From Octopus bimaculoides (lineage: Eukaryota), in the NCBI RefSeq assembly GCF_001194135.2, contig NC_068983.1, positions 44,638,026-44,702,025 of the forward strand: DNA of 64,000 nt. Direction: 5' to 3'. A program made the position numbers and the translations under genes. A model generated the notes under the pieces. The model was not told the origin of the DNA. It did not search any database and was given only the letters and a program-made list of their open reading frames with translations. Below are positions 1-10,983 of the stretch, piece by piece; position 1 is the stretch's first letter; each line of letters opens with the position of its first letter.

Positions 1-229
1 CACATGGACAACTGTATGTTGGCTGCTCAAGAGTGGGCAGCAAAAAAAACCTATTTGTATATGTTCCACAAGGGAAAACAAGGAACATTGTTTACAACGA
101 GGTGTTATAATCACAACAGCAAGAAAGTATGTACATGATCACCTTCTTTTACGAAACTTCATTGACTTTCATATATTTATATTGATATACATATCTATAC
201 GTGTGTTTGGGTGCGTGTGTGTATATACA

Positions 230-320
230 TCTCTATATATAAAGATGATGCGTAGTCTAGATGGCGTTTTTAGATTTCATTATTCTCTTTAACCCGGGCA
301 ACGCCGGGTATTTTTGCTAG
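230..320 (+). mobile_element. Minimal non-autonomous Helitron (91 bp)
   Basis: A|TCTCTATATATAAAG 5' end; GC-rich hairpin CCCGG-gcaacg-CCGGG at 293-308; CTAG|T 3' end at 317-321; sits between A and T with no TSD. Confidence 0.75.
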
Positions 321-574
321 TGAATAATATTTGTAAACAAACCAGTAACTTATCAAGCTTCTATGTTTGTTTATAAATATTATATGTAGTAATAGATAAT
401 TAAGCTTTTGTACATAAAATTTGACTGAAATTTATGGGTGAGTGTTCTGGCTCAATTGGAAGCACTAGGTGTCATGTTAGCATTGATATGTGGGTTTGAT
501 TCTAGTCAGAGTTGGCTCATCATTTTTACAGTTAATTGTTTAGATAAATATCACTTTAAATTGGAGTATATATA

Positions 575-1050
575 TCATTCATCATCATCATCCTCATCTT
601 CATTTAACACCAGTTTTTCCATGCTGGCATGAATTGGATGGTTTGTCTGAGGACTGGCAAGCTAGGAGGCTGCACCAGGCTCCAATCTGATCTGGCAAGG
701 TTTCTACAGCTGGATCCCCTTCCTAACGCCAACCACTCTCAGAGTGTAGTGGGTGCTTTTTACTAGCATCAAGCACACACGAATGGTGCTTTTTATGTGC
801 CACCGGCATGGGAGTCAGTCAGGTGGCACTGGCATCAACCACTCTCAATGGTACTTTTTACATGTCACTGGCATAGAAGCCATTCAGGCGGCACTGGCAT
901 CAACCACACTTGAATGGTGCGTTTTACATGCCACCGGCATGAGTGCCAGTCAGGTGGCACTGTCATTGGCCACAACTACGATTTCACTTAACTCAACAGG
1001 TCATCTGCTGAGTCAAGTGAAACCGTAGTTTTGGCCAATGCCAGTGCTAT
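575..1050 (-). mobile_element. RTE LINE 3'UTR-type repeat (family B), 5'-truncated
   Basis: (CAT)n tail, then TTTCCATGCTGGCATG...CTACAGCTGGAT.CCCTTCCTAACGCCAACCAC, shared with many copies in the window. Confidence 0.8.
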
Positions 1051-1065
1051 GACTATTATTATTAT

Positions 1066-1068
<3 letters not shown>

Positions 1069-1127
<59 letters not shown>

Positions 1128-1152
1128 TATGTGTGTGTGTGTGTGTGTGTGT
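1069..1152. repeat. (TA)n + (TG)n compound microsatellite
   Basis: Directly visible; the same compound sits inside family C SINEs throughout the window. Confidence 0.95.
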
Positions 1153-1370
1153 CTTTGTGTCTGTTTGTCCAGCCACCCTCATTTGACAACCTATGTTGGT
1201 GTGGTTATGTCCCTGTACCTAGCAGTTTGGCAAAAGAGACCAACAGAATTAATACCAAGCTTACAAAGAAGTCCTGGAGTCAATTTCTTCAACTAAAAAA
1301 AAACCTCTAAGGCGGTACTCCAGCATGGCCACAGTCAAATGACTGAAACAAGCAAAAGAAAAAAAAGAGT
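1153..1370 (+). mobile_element. tRNA-head SINE family C, 3' half
   Basis: TTGACAACC...GGCAAAAGAGACC...CAGCATGGCCACAGTCAAATGACTGAAACAAG matches the full copy at 28327-28749. Confidence 0.8.
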
Positions 1371-1529
1371 ATATAAATGCATAATTTGAAAGATTGAATA
1401 GAAATAAAATACAAACCATATTATAATTTTTTGACAAATTTGTGCCATCATTATGAAACGTTTGGCAAAGGGAAGTTTTTCCAACTGCTGAACTACCTAT
1501 AAAATGGAAATGATAATAATTACTTCTAC

Positions 1530-1956
1530 TGTAGGCACAAGGTCTTGAAAATTTTTGTAGGGAAGTGGGGCTAGTTGATTACTTCAACCCCAGTGTGTAA
1601 CTGGTACTTATTTCATCAACCCTGGAAGGTTGAAAGGCAAAGTTGATCTTGGCAGAATTTGAACTCAAAATGTAGCAGCTGATGAAATACTGCTAAGCAT
1701 TTCGCCCAGTGTGCTAATGATTCTTATTTCTTTATTGCCCACAAGGGGCTAAACATAGAGGGGACAAACAAGGACAGACAAAGGTATTAAGTCGATTACA
1801 TCGTCCCCAGTGCGCAACTTGTACTTAATTTATTGACCCCGAAAGGATGAAAGGCAAAGTTGATCTCGGCGGAATTTGAACTCAGAACGTAACGGCAGAT
1901 GAAATACCGCTAAGCATTTCGCCCGGCATGCTAACAAGTCTGCCAGCTCACCACCT
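1530..1956 (-). mobile_element. Two adjacent family D SINEs
   Basis: GAAAGGATGAAAGGCAAAGTTGATCTCGGCGGAATTTGAACTCAGAACG...CTGCCAGCTCACCACC; two copies at about 1530-1720 and 1730-1956. Confidence 0.8.
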
Positions 1957-1969
1957 TAACAGAAACAAT

Positions 1970-2255
1970 AATAATGAGGATGATCACTAATTACCATTGT
2001 GGTGATAGTGATATTAATGCTGTTAATAATGATGAACATGATCATGATGATGATGATGGAAGTGGCGATGATGATGGAGGTGGTAGTGGTGATGATTATG
2101 GCGGTGGTGGTAGTAATGATGATGACGATGATGATATGTCGATATGACGATGGTGGTAGTAACGACAGCAAGGGTGATGATAAAGATGGTGGTGATACTA
2201 ACGATGGTGATGATGACAGTGGTGGCAGTAATGGTGATGATGGTAGTGGTGGTCA

Positions 2256-2294
<39 letters not shown>

Positions 2295-2379
2295 TGGTGG
2301 TGATGGAAACAAATTTAAATATTTAATATTCAGGCAAGAAAGCAAAAACAACAAAGACGATCACTTTAACAGACGTTAA

Positions 2380-2411
<32 letters not shown>

Positions 2412-2441
2412 AATGATGATGATAATGATGATGATGATGAT
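1970..2441. repeat. Mixed (ATG/GTG/GAT)n trinucleotide low-complexity tract
   Basis: About 470 bp of ATG/GTG triplets; explains the poly-M/V/D/G/H/T ORFs in the track. Confidence 0.9.
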
Positions 2442-2816
2442 ATATAGGGGTTGTAGTGTTGCACTGACGATCACTTGATTCATCATCATCATCATCGTAT
2501 AACGTCCACTTTCCATGCTAGTATGGGTTGGACGATTTGACTGAGGACTGGCGAACCAGACTCCAATAAAACCAGTTTACGTATTTCTTTTGCATTCTCT
2601 TTTTTATAATTGTCATTTTGTAACTATACCTTTTCTGTTTTAAAACCCATAAAAAATTATTTTGAAGTGGTTGGGGGGAGGGGTGCTGGAACAGATTAAA
2701 TTATATTTTAGTTAATTGCAATGGGGAAAATTGATTTGTAAAATGAGTAAATCATAAGACAAGTTCAGTCATGGAACAAATTAAACTTATACTGCGAGGT
2801 ATCACTGTCATCATAT

Positions 2817-3165
2817 TCATCATCATCGTCGTCGTTTAACGTCCACTTTCCATGCTAGCATGGGTTGGACGATTTGACTGAGGACTGGTGAAACCGGATG
2901 GCAACACCAGGCTCCAATCTGATTTGGCAGAGTTTCTACAGCTGGATGCCCTTCCTAACACCAACTACTACTCTGAGAGTGTAGTGGGTGCTTTTACGTG
3001 CCACTGGCAAGAAGGCCAATTGGGCGGGTACTGGCGATGACCACGCTCAAAATGGTGTATCTTACGTGCCACCTGCACAGGAGCCAGTCCAGCGGCACTG
3101 GCAACGATCTCGCTCGAATGTCTTTTCATGTGCCACTGGCACAAGTGCCAGGAAGGCGACGTTGG
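2817..3165 (-). mobile_element. RTE 3'UTR-type repeat (family B)
   Basis: (CAT)n tail and near-consensus body. Confidence 0.85.
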
Positions 3166-3262
3166 TAATATCATCTGTTTATTTAATACCCAGTGTGAAA
3201 GTAATTGGTAAAATTGATTGAAATGAATCAATAACACTATACTTTGATTAATATATGCACCT

Positions 3263-3645
3263 ACTGTTTGAAAGCCTGAAACACGACTCTCTATTTAACA
3301 GTGAACTGGCAGAGGGTAAGTACACACAAAGTGAACAGAAAAAGCACTTCAAGGATACACTCAAAGCTTCACTGAAGAGTTTTGAGATCAAACCCTCCTC
3401 CACCCCAAAACCTGGGAAACACAAGCACAAGCCAGCCCTTACTGGCAAAGCTGCACCAACAGAGGTGCCACCTCCTACAAGCAGAATGGGATTGCAGGGG
3501 TGCAAAGAAAACGCGAAGTGTGCATGTCTAGAGTCAACTCCTTGTCGTCAGTTTCAACAAACCACCAGTGCCCGACTTGTATCAGAGCCTTCCAAATACA
3601 CATTGGACTGGTTAACCATAGCCAGACATGGCGTGCCCTGCCTTC
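3263..3645 (+). mobile_element. RTE LINE ORF2 C-terminus, frameshifted
   Basis: LFNSELAEGKYTQSEQKKHFKDTLKASLKSFEI resembles the RTE motif LYxEL..GKR..GGQKKRFKDTLK; another frame gives HQCPTCIRAFQIHIGLVNHSQT, a C2H2-type finger. Confidence 0.85.
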
Positions 3646-3679
3646 TTCTCCCATGTGATGTCATTGGTCGTCTTCAACA

Positions 3680-4000
3680 ATGACAAATGAATTTGAGGAC
3701 AGCTGCTTAAAGAAGTGCTGATCTCTAATTGTGGAGGGAACCAGTAGAAGATGTGAGAAGTGGTGAGAAAGAATCTTCAGACACTGGGTCTCACTAAGGA
3801 GATGACAAGGGACTGGAACTTGTGGCAATTTGCTGCATTTGAGAAGACATGTCAAGCTAAGTAAAATCATGGCCATCCATATATACAAGCATGTCCCTTT
3901 TTAGCCATGACCCTGCTCCCTCTCCTAGCTGAGAGGTCTTTGTCTTGCAGGTGCTAGTGCCACATAAGATGCACCTGTGCCGGTGACATTTAAAGAACAC
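3680..4000 (+). mobile_element. Second RTE subfamily 3' end, decayed
   Basis: Broken frames give DSCLKKC.SLIVEG, and the sequence aligns by eye to the RTE ends at 4018-4641 and 52106-52685. Confidence 0.65.
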
Positions 4001-4017
4001 CCAGTGTGAAACCAATA

Positions 4018-4641
4018 GGTATCATCATTATCATCATCATCATCGTTTAACGTCCGTTTTCCATGCTAGCATGGGTTGGACGATTTGACTGAGGACTGGT
4101 GAACCAGATGGCTACACCAGGCTCCAATCTGATTTGGCAGAGCTTCTACAGCTGGATGCCCTTCCTAATGCCAAGCACTCCAAGAGTGTAGTGGGTGCTT
4201 TTACATGCCACCGGCACGAAGGCCAGTCAGCTGGTACTGGCAATGGCCACGCTCAAAATGGTGTATTTTACGTGACACCTGCACAGGAGCCAGTCCAGCG
4301 GCACTGGCAACGATCTCACTCAAATGTCTTTACACGTGCCAGGAAGGTGACGCTGGGCACAGGTGCCATCCCGATTTCACTTTCCCTTGCCCCAACAGGT
4401 CTTCGCAAGCCGAGTTTAGTGTCCAGTGAAGGAGACGAAGTTGGCATGGGAGCCAGTCGTCGAATTTAGTTCGATTTTGATTTCACTTGCTTCAACAGGT
4501 CTTCACAAGCGGAGTTTAGTGTCCGATGAAGGAAGGTACACATAAGTGGGCTGGCTACATCCCTGGCAGAGGCCTTGGATTTAGGTCTCACTTGGCTTGC
4601 CGGGTCTTCTCACGCACAGCATATTTCCAAAGGTCTCTGTC
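4018..4641 (-). mobile_element. RTE LINE 3' end: last codons plus full 3'UTR and (ATG)n tail
   Basis: Minus strand reads DRDLWKYAVREKTRQAK* and continues into the family B sequence and (CAT)n tail. Confidence 0.85.
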
Positions 4642-4705
4642 AGGTATGATTGACAGAAATTAATCTATAACACTATACTTTGATTAATATACGCACCTAC
4701 TGTTC

Positions 4706-5181
4706 GAGTGCCCGACACGCTGGTGACATGTAAAGAGCACTCAGCACACTCTGTAAAGTGGTTAGTGTTCCGAAGAGCATCCAGCAGTAGATCCCTTGCC
4801 GAAACAGACAACTGGAGCCTGGACAGCTTGCCAGCTCCTGTGAAACTGTCTAACTCAGTGATTCCCAAACTTTTTGGGGCTGCCGCCCTCTTGACACCCA
4901 GGCTACATTCCTAGTTCCCCCACTCCAAGTAACCATAAAAAACGTAGACCTCTTTCTGAAGCAAATTCAAAGCAACTGGATTTCACCAATAAAACAACCT
5001 AATAAACCCATTATTTTGTTTTTTAACATGAATCATTACCCCCACATTTTACATAAATTGCTACCCCATTATCGCCCCCTTGGAACTTTCCACTGCCCCC
5101 AGAGGGGCAATACCGCCCACTTTGAGAACCACTGGTCTAACCCATGCCAACGTGGAAAACGGACGTTAAATGGTGATGATG
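4706..5181 (+). mobile_element. Family B repeat interrupted by a hAT MITE
   Basis: GAGCACTC...GTAAAGTGGTTAG...GAAACTGTCTAAC resumes as GTCTAACCCATGCCAACGTGGAAAACGGACGTTAAATGGTGATGATG after the insert. Confidence 0.75.
4856..5134. mobile_element. hAT (Charlie-like) MITE
   Basis: TIRs CAGTGATTCCCAAAC / CTTTGAGAACCACTG; 8-bp TSD GTCTAACT / GTCTAACC. Confidence 0.85.
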
Positions 5182-6590
5182 ATTCTAGTGACAAATATAT
5201 GAGTGCGTATTTTTTGAAAAGAATATAAGTTTATCACAAGTGAAAAAATGGTTGAGGAGCACTGATATAGATAGAAAAGTAGATAGACACAAACACAGTT
5301 AATCTATTAATACAGACATCTAACGAGGAGATGTGTATCTGCTAGAAATAACAGTCAAAAATTCGCTCAGATCACACTCTACCGCTGTTGAAAAGGATAC
5401 ATCGGATAATGTATCTTTTAATGAATATTTGTTATTACCAGCGAATATTAACTACTATTCCACCCCAACCCACCAGTGGCGATAGGTCTACAAGGAAGCT
5501 TGTCCCTTTAGAAATAATAGCTATATATCCTTTTAACCACATCATATCACCATAGAAGTAAAGAAAATGTTCGATAATGGCATTCTAGAGAGATAGTCAC
5601 ACTACATTTATAAAGATAAAGGGATGGTAGCAGCTTGAATGTTTTCGATCTTAGGTATGGTTTATCAGACGTGATACTACAAACCTAGGGTTAAACAGTA
5701 ATAATGTCAGAGCACAAACACACATGTACATACAGGCGTACAAATGCACACATACATACCAGCTCGCACGTTCATGCATTACGATGCATGTGCCTGTACT
5801 TAGATGCTTTTGACATACACAAAATATAAACAACTAACTCACCAAGAAGAAAGCATTTAGCGTGGAGAACCGTCGTCATGGTTGCTAAGGAATAAAACGG
5901 ATGTAATCAACAGATTCTAATAACGCAGTTAATCAGTTTTAGCATGCATGAAATTTCTTGTTTATATATCTGTGAAATAATATCGTCTCCTCCGGGATAC
6001 CCAATATTTATTAAAGAATCAAATAATTAAGATTTAAAATATTTTTTATCAACAAATGCTACATTTTCTTTTTATTTTAAACTACTTAAATTTCATACAG
6101 TGTCGATACACACGAGTGAACAATAGATAAATCAATTCACCAAAATTTCTTCAACCACTTGAAGTTTTTCAAATTTTCATCATATTACATTTTAAAAAAA
6201 TGTAGTTCTCATGCTGATGATGAAAATTGCATTCACATTTTCTGGGCTTATGCAGTTTCGCACCTCTCCTTGAAAAATGCATTAAAAAAAAAATTTTTAG
6301 ATATCGGAGATTACGAATATGCAAAAAAAGTAATTTTTTAATTTCACCCCCACCTCTTCCCCACCACAATTTAAATTTTGGTTTTGTTTACATAGAACGT
6401 GCTGATGTGTATACAAATTGCTGTCAATTACACGAAGGGAAGAAACAGGGTTATTCGAGATTCCAATTACGTCCCTTGCATCGGAAAAGAAACCAAAAGA
6501 ACGAAATAAAAAAACTTCTAAACTTTAGAAAAATAAAAGAAATACATTATTTACATTTGACGGATATTTGTCCTCATCTTGTGTGTTGTT

Positions 6591-6636
6591 AACACAACGT
6601 TTCGGTTGATATACCCACCAGCCTTCATCAGGAGTC
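6591..6636 (-). ncRNA. Minimal type I hammerhead motif (mirror copy)
   Basis: Minus strand GACUC-CUGAUGA-A-GGCUG-guggguauau-CAACC-GAAAC-GUU-GUGUU. Confidence 0.6.
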
Positions 6637-6702
6637 TTGGTGAAATTTCGAACTTGGGTTCTCATTCCTAAGGTTCGAAACCCAGGTTCGAAATTTTCCC
6701 AA

Positions 6703-6748
6703 GACACCTGATGAAAGCTGGAGGGTATATCACCCGAAACGTTGTGTT
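6703..6748 (+). ncRNA. Minimal type I hammerhead ribozyme motif
   Basis: GACAC-CUGAUGA-A-(stem II, partly mismatched)-GAAAC-GUU-GUGUU; stem I GACAC/GUGUU; palindromic ACGU stem III. Confidence 0.65.
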
Positions 6749-8934
6749 AACAGCAAACAAGATGAAAATAAATATCCATCAAATGTAAATAATGTACATA
6801 ATTCCTCATCTCTTAAATATTGAAATGAATAAAGGAGATTTTACCCTTGACGTAAATCGTTATGGTTTCTTCTAATTTAATTTGAATGCTTTAAAAACAA
6901 CGATTTTTATAATGTTTTTCCACTCAATAAACGTCAAATTTATGAGGCCTGTCATTATTTTCGTCACACACACACACACAACGCACAAATTCCCATGTGT
7001 ACGTGTACACAAGCCTATACATAAATGCATGCATGCATGCATATTTGATTTATGCGATTGTAAATCATTAACTGTTAAATAAGAAATGTATGAATTCAGT
7101 TAAATATATATTTATATATATAACTGTGTTTGTGTGTGTTCTTTTATTTATAGATTTTTTTTACCAATGTAAAAAGAGCCAGTTGCTAACCTAGATCCAA
7201 GTGTCCTTCACTGAAATTTCAACATCAATGAGGTATTTGTACATGTTTGTATGTGTGCAAGAATTTGGAATCAATGCACACAAATACACACATGGATCTG
7301 TCTTGTTTTTTTGTAGCTATTCTTTTTCTTTTACTTGTTTCAGTCATTTGACTGCGGCCATGCTGGAGCACCGCCTTTAGTCGAGCAAATCGACCCCAGA
7401 GATTAATTCCGATTCTTTAATTCAAGATATTTGGAATTGTGTAAATGTATGAATTTTAAACATACACACACACGCACACAGAAAATCTGCCTTTTATAGA
7501 TTAGATAAGATATATATATATGCATGTATGTGTGTGTGTATATATTTGTGTGTCTGTGCTTGTTCCTCCAACATCACTTGACAACCGATGCTGGTGTATT
7601 CATGTCCCCGTAACTTAGCGGTTCGGCAATAAGAGACTATTATCATCATCATCATCATCATCACTATTGTTATTTAAAAGGGTTTTTTTCTCTCAATTTA
7701 TTGAATTTATATATTTTTAAAAATTTTTGTGGGAGGCAGTATTTTGGCCTGAAATGAAAATGTATTTGTTAATAATAATCTTTGAATGTACTTTTCATTC
7801 TGGAATTTTGTTTTCTTTCCTTTGTCTTGTTTTTTTTTGGGGGGGGGGATATTTTACTTTGTAAAGCAACAACAACTTAAACATTAACAAAAGTGACAAA
7901 TTCTAAATCTGATGCAATCACTCTACCTAGAAAATTCAGGAGTAAATTAAATGTCATTCAACAACATATTAAAAAAGTGTATCATAATAGCAACACGTTT
8001 TTATATTTGAAACCAAAACAATCAATATCAATATTATTATTAACATGTGTGTGTGCGTGTGTGTGTGTGTGTGTATTATAATACAGTTTGACTCAGATTC
8101 ACGTGTCATAAAGTTTAGTGGGTAAAGTACATAATGTATAACTTTAAATCAAAAACGTCATCAAATAATATATGTAACCCTTACAAAATGTACAGCATGC
8201 TACTATGTCTTGTTTGTCCTTTTACGTGTGTGTGTGTGTGTGCGTATGTGCATGTGTGCGTATGTGTGTGTGTGTGTAAAGCATAGTTATGTGGGATGAA
8301 GTTTGTTTTCTGGTTTTAGTTCCACTGTTATAGCAGCTTTGGGTGCTATAACAATAAGCTCTGGGACAATTAAAGCCTTGTGAGTAGATTTAGTAGATGG
8401 AAACTGAAAGAAGCCCATTGTATATANNNNNNNNNNNNNNNNNNNNNNNNNNNNNNNNNNNNNNNNNNNNNNNNNNNNNNNNNNNNNNNNNNNNNNNNNN
8501 NNNNNNNNNNNNNNNNNNNNNNNNNNNNNNNNNNNNNNNNNNNNNNNNNNNNNNNNNNNNNNNNNNNNNNNNNNNNNNNNNNNNNNNNNNNNNNNNNNNN
8601 NNNNNNNNNNNNNNNNNNNNNNNNNNNNNNNNNNNNNNNNNNNNNNNNNNNNNNNNNNNNNNNNNNNNNNNNNNNNNNNNNNNNNNNNNNNNNNNNNNNN
8701 NNNNNNNNNNNNNNNNNNNNNNNNNNNNNNNNNNNNNNNNNNNNNNNNNNNNNNNNNNNNNNNNNNNNNNNNNNNNNNNNNNNNNNNNNNNNNNNNNNNN
8801 NNNNNNNNNNNNNNNNNNNNNNNNNNNNNNNNNNNNNNNNNNNNNNNNNNNNNNNNNNNNNNNNNNNNNNNNNNNNNNGTGAGTGCGACACCCTAGCTGT
8901 TACCCATCACGCCCTCGGTATTGACAGTAGACGT

Positions 8935-9263
8935 TGTTGTTCTCGGCACTCCGTCGCAACAGCCTGCTCGTGAAATTAACGTGCAAGTGACTGAGCACTC
9001 CACAGACACGTGTACCCTTAACGTAGTTCTCGGGGATATTCAGCGTGACACAGTGTGACAAGACTGACCCTTTGAATTACAGGCACAGCAGAAACAGGAA
9101 GTAAGAGTGAGAGAAAGTTGTGGTGAAAGAGTACAGCCGGAGCCTTGTGAAACTGTAGGTGTTTTCGCTCAATAAACACTCACAATGCCCGGTCTGGGAA
9201 ACGAAACCGCGATCCTATGACCGCGAGTCCGCTGCCCTAACCATTGGGCCATTGCGCCTCCAC
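8935..9263 (-). mobile_element. tRNA-head SINE family A with 12-bp TSD
   Basis: Reverse complement of the copies at 25676 and 46717; TSD GACAGTAGACGT at 8923-8934 and 9264-9275. Confidence 0.9.
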
Positions 9264-9274
9264 GACAGTAGACG

Positions 9275-9340
9275 TATATAAGAAACGACACCGGTAGGAA
9301 GTGACGTAAATTGTCTCTCTCGAAGTAAACTTCCGCTTTC
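9275..9340 (+). promoter_or_regulatory. Putative Pol II promoter of the 9678 ORF
   Basis: TATATAAG at 9275-9282, overlapping ETS-CRE motif GGAAGTGACGT at 9297-9307, reverse ETS site ACTTCCGC at 9329-9336; CpG-retaining context. Confidence 0.55.
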
Positions 9341-9571
9341 ATTGTTATGTTTCCACAAATTATCGGGAGACGTTAATTAATATTGTCAAAATAAATTGAA
9401 AATATATATATAAATACTAATAACAATAAGATGGAAAGGATAAAAGTTCAAAAACTTATTCAATCTCATTTGACTGAAAAGGATTTACATGTATAAGCTT
9501 TACCGAGCAGTTTTTTCTGAACGGAATCTTAAACGCTATTTGAAAGATTGTGTCTTAAAAGTTTTGCTCAT

Positions 9572-9677
9572 TTTAGGATCATTTTATTTACCAGCTGAAT
9601 TTAGGATTATTTACCACCTGAATTTAGGATAATTGCTTTACCACCTGAATTTAGGATCATTAATTTACTACCTGAAT
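9572..9677 (+). repeat. Four 23-28 bp tandem units directly upstream of the ATG
   Basis: TTTAGGAT...TTTACC/TA(G/C)CTGAA repeated four times. Confidence 0.85.
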
Positions 9678-9938
9678 ATGGATCAGCTACTTGTGACAGA
9701 ACAAATGCGAGAAGCGCAGTCAAAGTTTGAAAAAGCTTGTCATCAAATTGTATTGCTTGATCAGAAGATACGGGACTTGGAGGTGCGTTATAAAAGAGCT
9801 GTAAAAAATAAGAAAAATTCTTTTCGGTATAATCTAAGATTACGTTTGTCTGTTGTAACGGGTGTAAAGATGATGTATCACCATTATGCCAGTACCAAAG
9901 CTGAGGAATTGGACTTACTCCGGCGCCAGATAGTCTGA
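9678..9938 (+). CDS. Uncharacterised 86-aa basic coiled-coil protein, CDS without introns
   Basis: MDQLLVTEQMREAQSKFEKACHQIVLLDQKIRDLEVRYKRAVKNKKNSFRYNLRLRLSVVTGVKMMYHHYASTKAEELDLLRRQIV*; non-repetitive, heptad-like, ATG in AAT-ATG-G context, AATAAA at 9979-9984. The track start at 9633 is a TTG in the repeat. Confidence 0.7.
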   Translation: MDQLLVTEQMREAQSKFEKACHQIVLLDQKIRDLEVRYKRAVKNKKNSFRYNLRLRLSVVTGVKMMYHHYASTKAEELDLLRRQIV

Positions 9939-10855
9939 GACTCGACGACAAACAAACAACCACGGGAATCTTAAGTTGAATAAATTGATTTATCTATCCA
10001 TAATGACGAACTTCTAAAAATTTGTGAGGAAGTGAAAAAAAAAGCTAAGAAGAAATGTTTTAGAATGAAAAAAAAAAAAGATATAATATTTAAAAAAATT
10101 TTTTAAATGAAAAGAGAAAAAATTAAATTATAAATATTTCATAGGAATTATAATTTTTTTTCGCTTGTTTTAATACCAAATGCTGCTATGATGAAAAAAG
10201 GAGGACCCCCCCCCCCAAAAAAAAAATAATAATTATCCCACCACACCTTCACACTCCTCATCTGGCAGCTGTTCTTTGTTCTTCCAACTAAACAGTGACC
10301 ATGGCGATAATTCATAATAAAATGCCTTTCTGTTCTACTCCATTCAAGAATACATACATACACACACACACACATATATATATATTCTGGAACATCTATC
10401 TATGCATGAACACCAATTTCTCACCCGGCTGATAAGTTTGTAGTTTACAAATATACAACTGTCTTGTGTCTAAGAGAAAGCCATACTCGCAACATGTTCT
10501 TCAACTCAAAATGTATATGTATATATATACAAAAGCTCTGAAAAAAAAATTAATGCTCCCCTGTCATATTTTTTCCAACAACCCAACTGGATCCTTCAAC
10601 ACAAATCATACTGATTCTCTTAGAACCCATAAATACATGCAATTTCGTTGTCATGACATTGTGTACTAAATCACTCTCCCCTCTGGCGAAGAACGATGTG
10701 CTTCGGACACGCATACATTTGTCGCCGTGTCATCTGTTCGATCTCAGAGACATTATCTTACATGGTCACCTATTCGTTCTTTCGATTGTCCGTATTACAT
10801 TAAATGTTTTTCGATTAGTAATGACTGCCAACTAAGATCATTATGTTTTTGTTTC

Positions 10856-10886
<31 letters not shown>

Positions 10887-10983
10887 CAAAAATAGTAGTG
10901 CTATTGTCAATTTCCATTTTAAGCGTTAAATCTTTTGATTTCATTTTTTTCGTTTTTCTGCATTCATAATACACGAGTCCCTT

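Larger units (their letters stand above)
6545..6828. mobile_element. Inverted pair of Penelope-type terminal-repeat fragments
   Basis: About 115-bp arms (6545-6660 and 6679-6794) are imperfect reverse complements around an 18-nt loop; each arm has a CTGATGA...CGAAACGTT motif. Confidence 0.75.

Noticed and set aside
1956-2379. His-, Met/Val-, Asp/Gly- and Thr/Ile-rich ORFs, and the YI/CV/HT ORFs elsewhere
   Set aside because: Translations of tri- and dinucleotide microsatellites; no splice or composition support.
7877-7926. Possible terminal exon on the minus strand (RVIASDLEFVTFVNV*) after TTTTCTAG
   Set aside because: Short, no recognisable homology and no linked upstream exon.
10245-10340. 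Protein-like minus-strand stretch KAFYYELSPWSLFSWKNKEQLPDEECE
   Set aside because: Purine-rich acceptor, weak donor and no family match; not supportable without RNA data.
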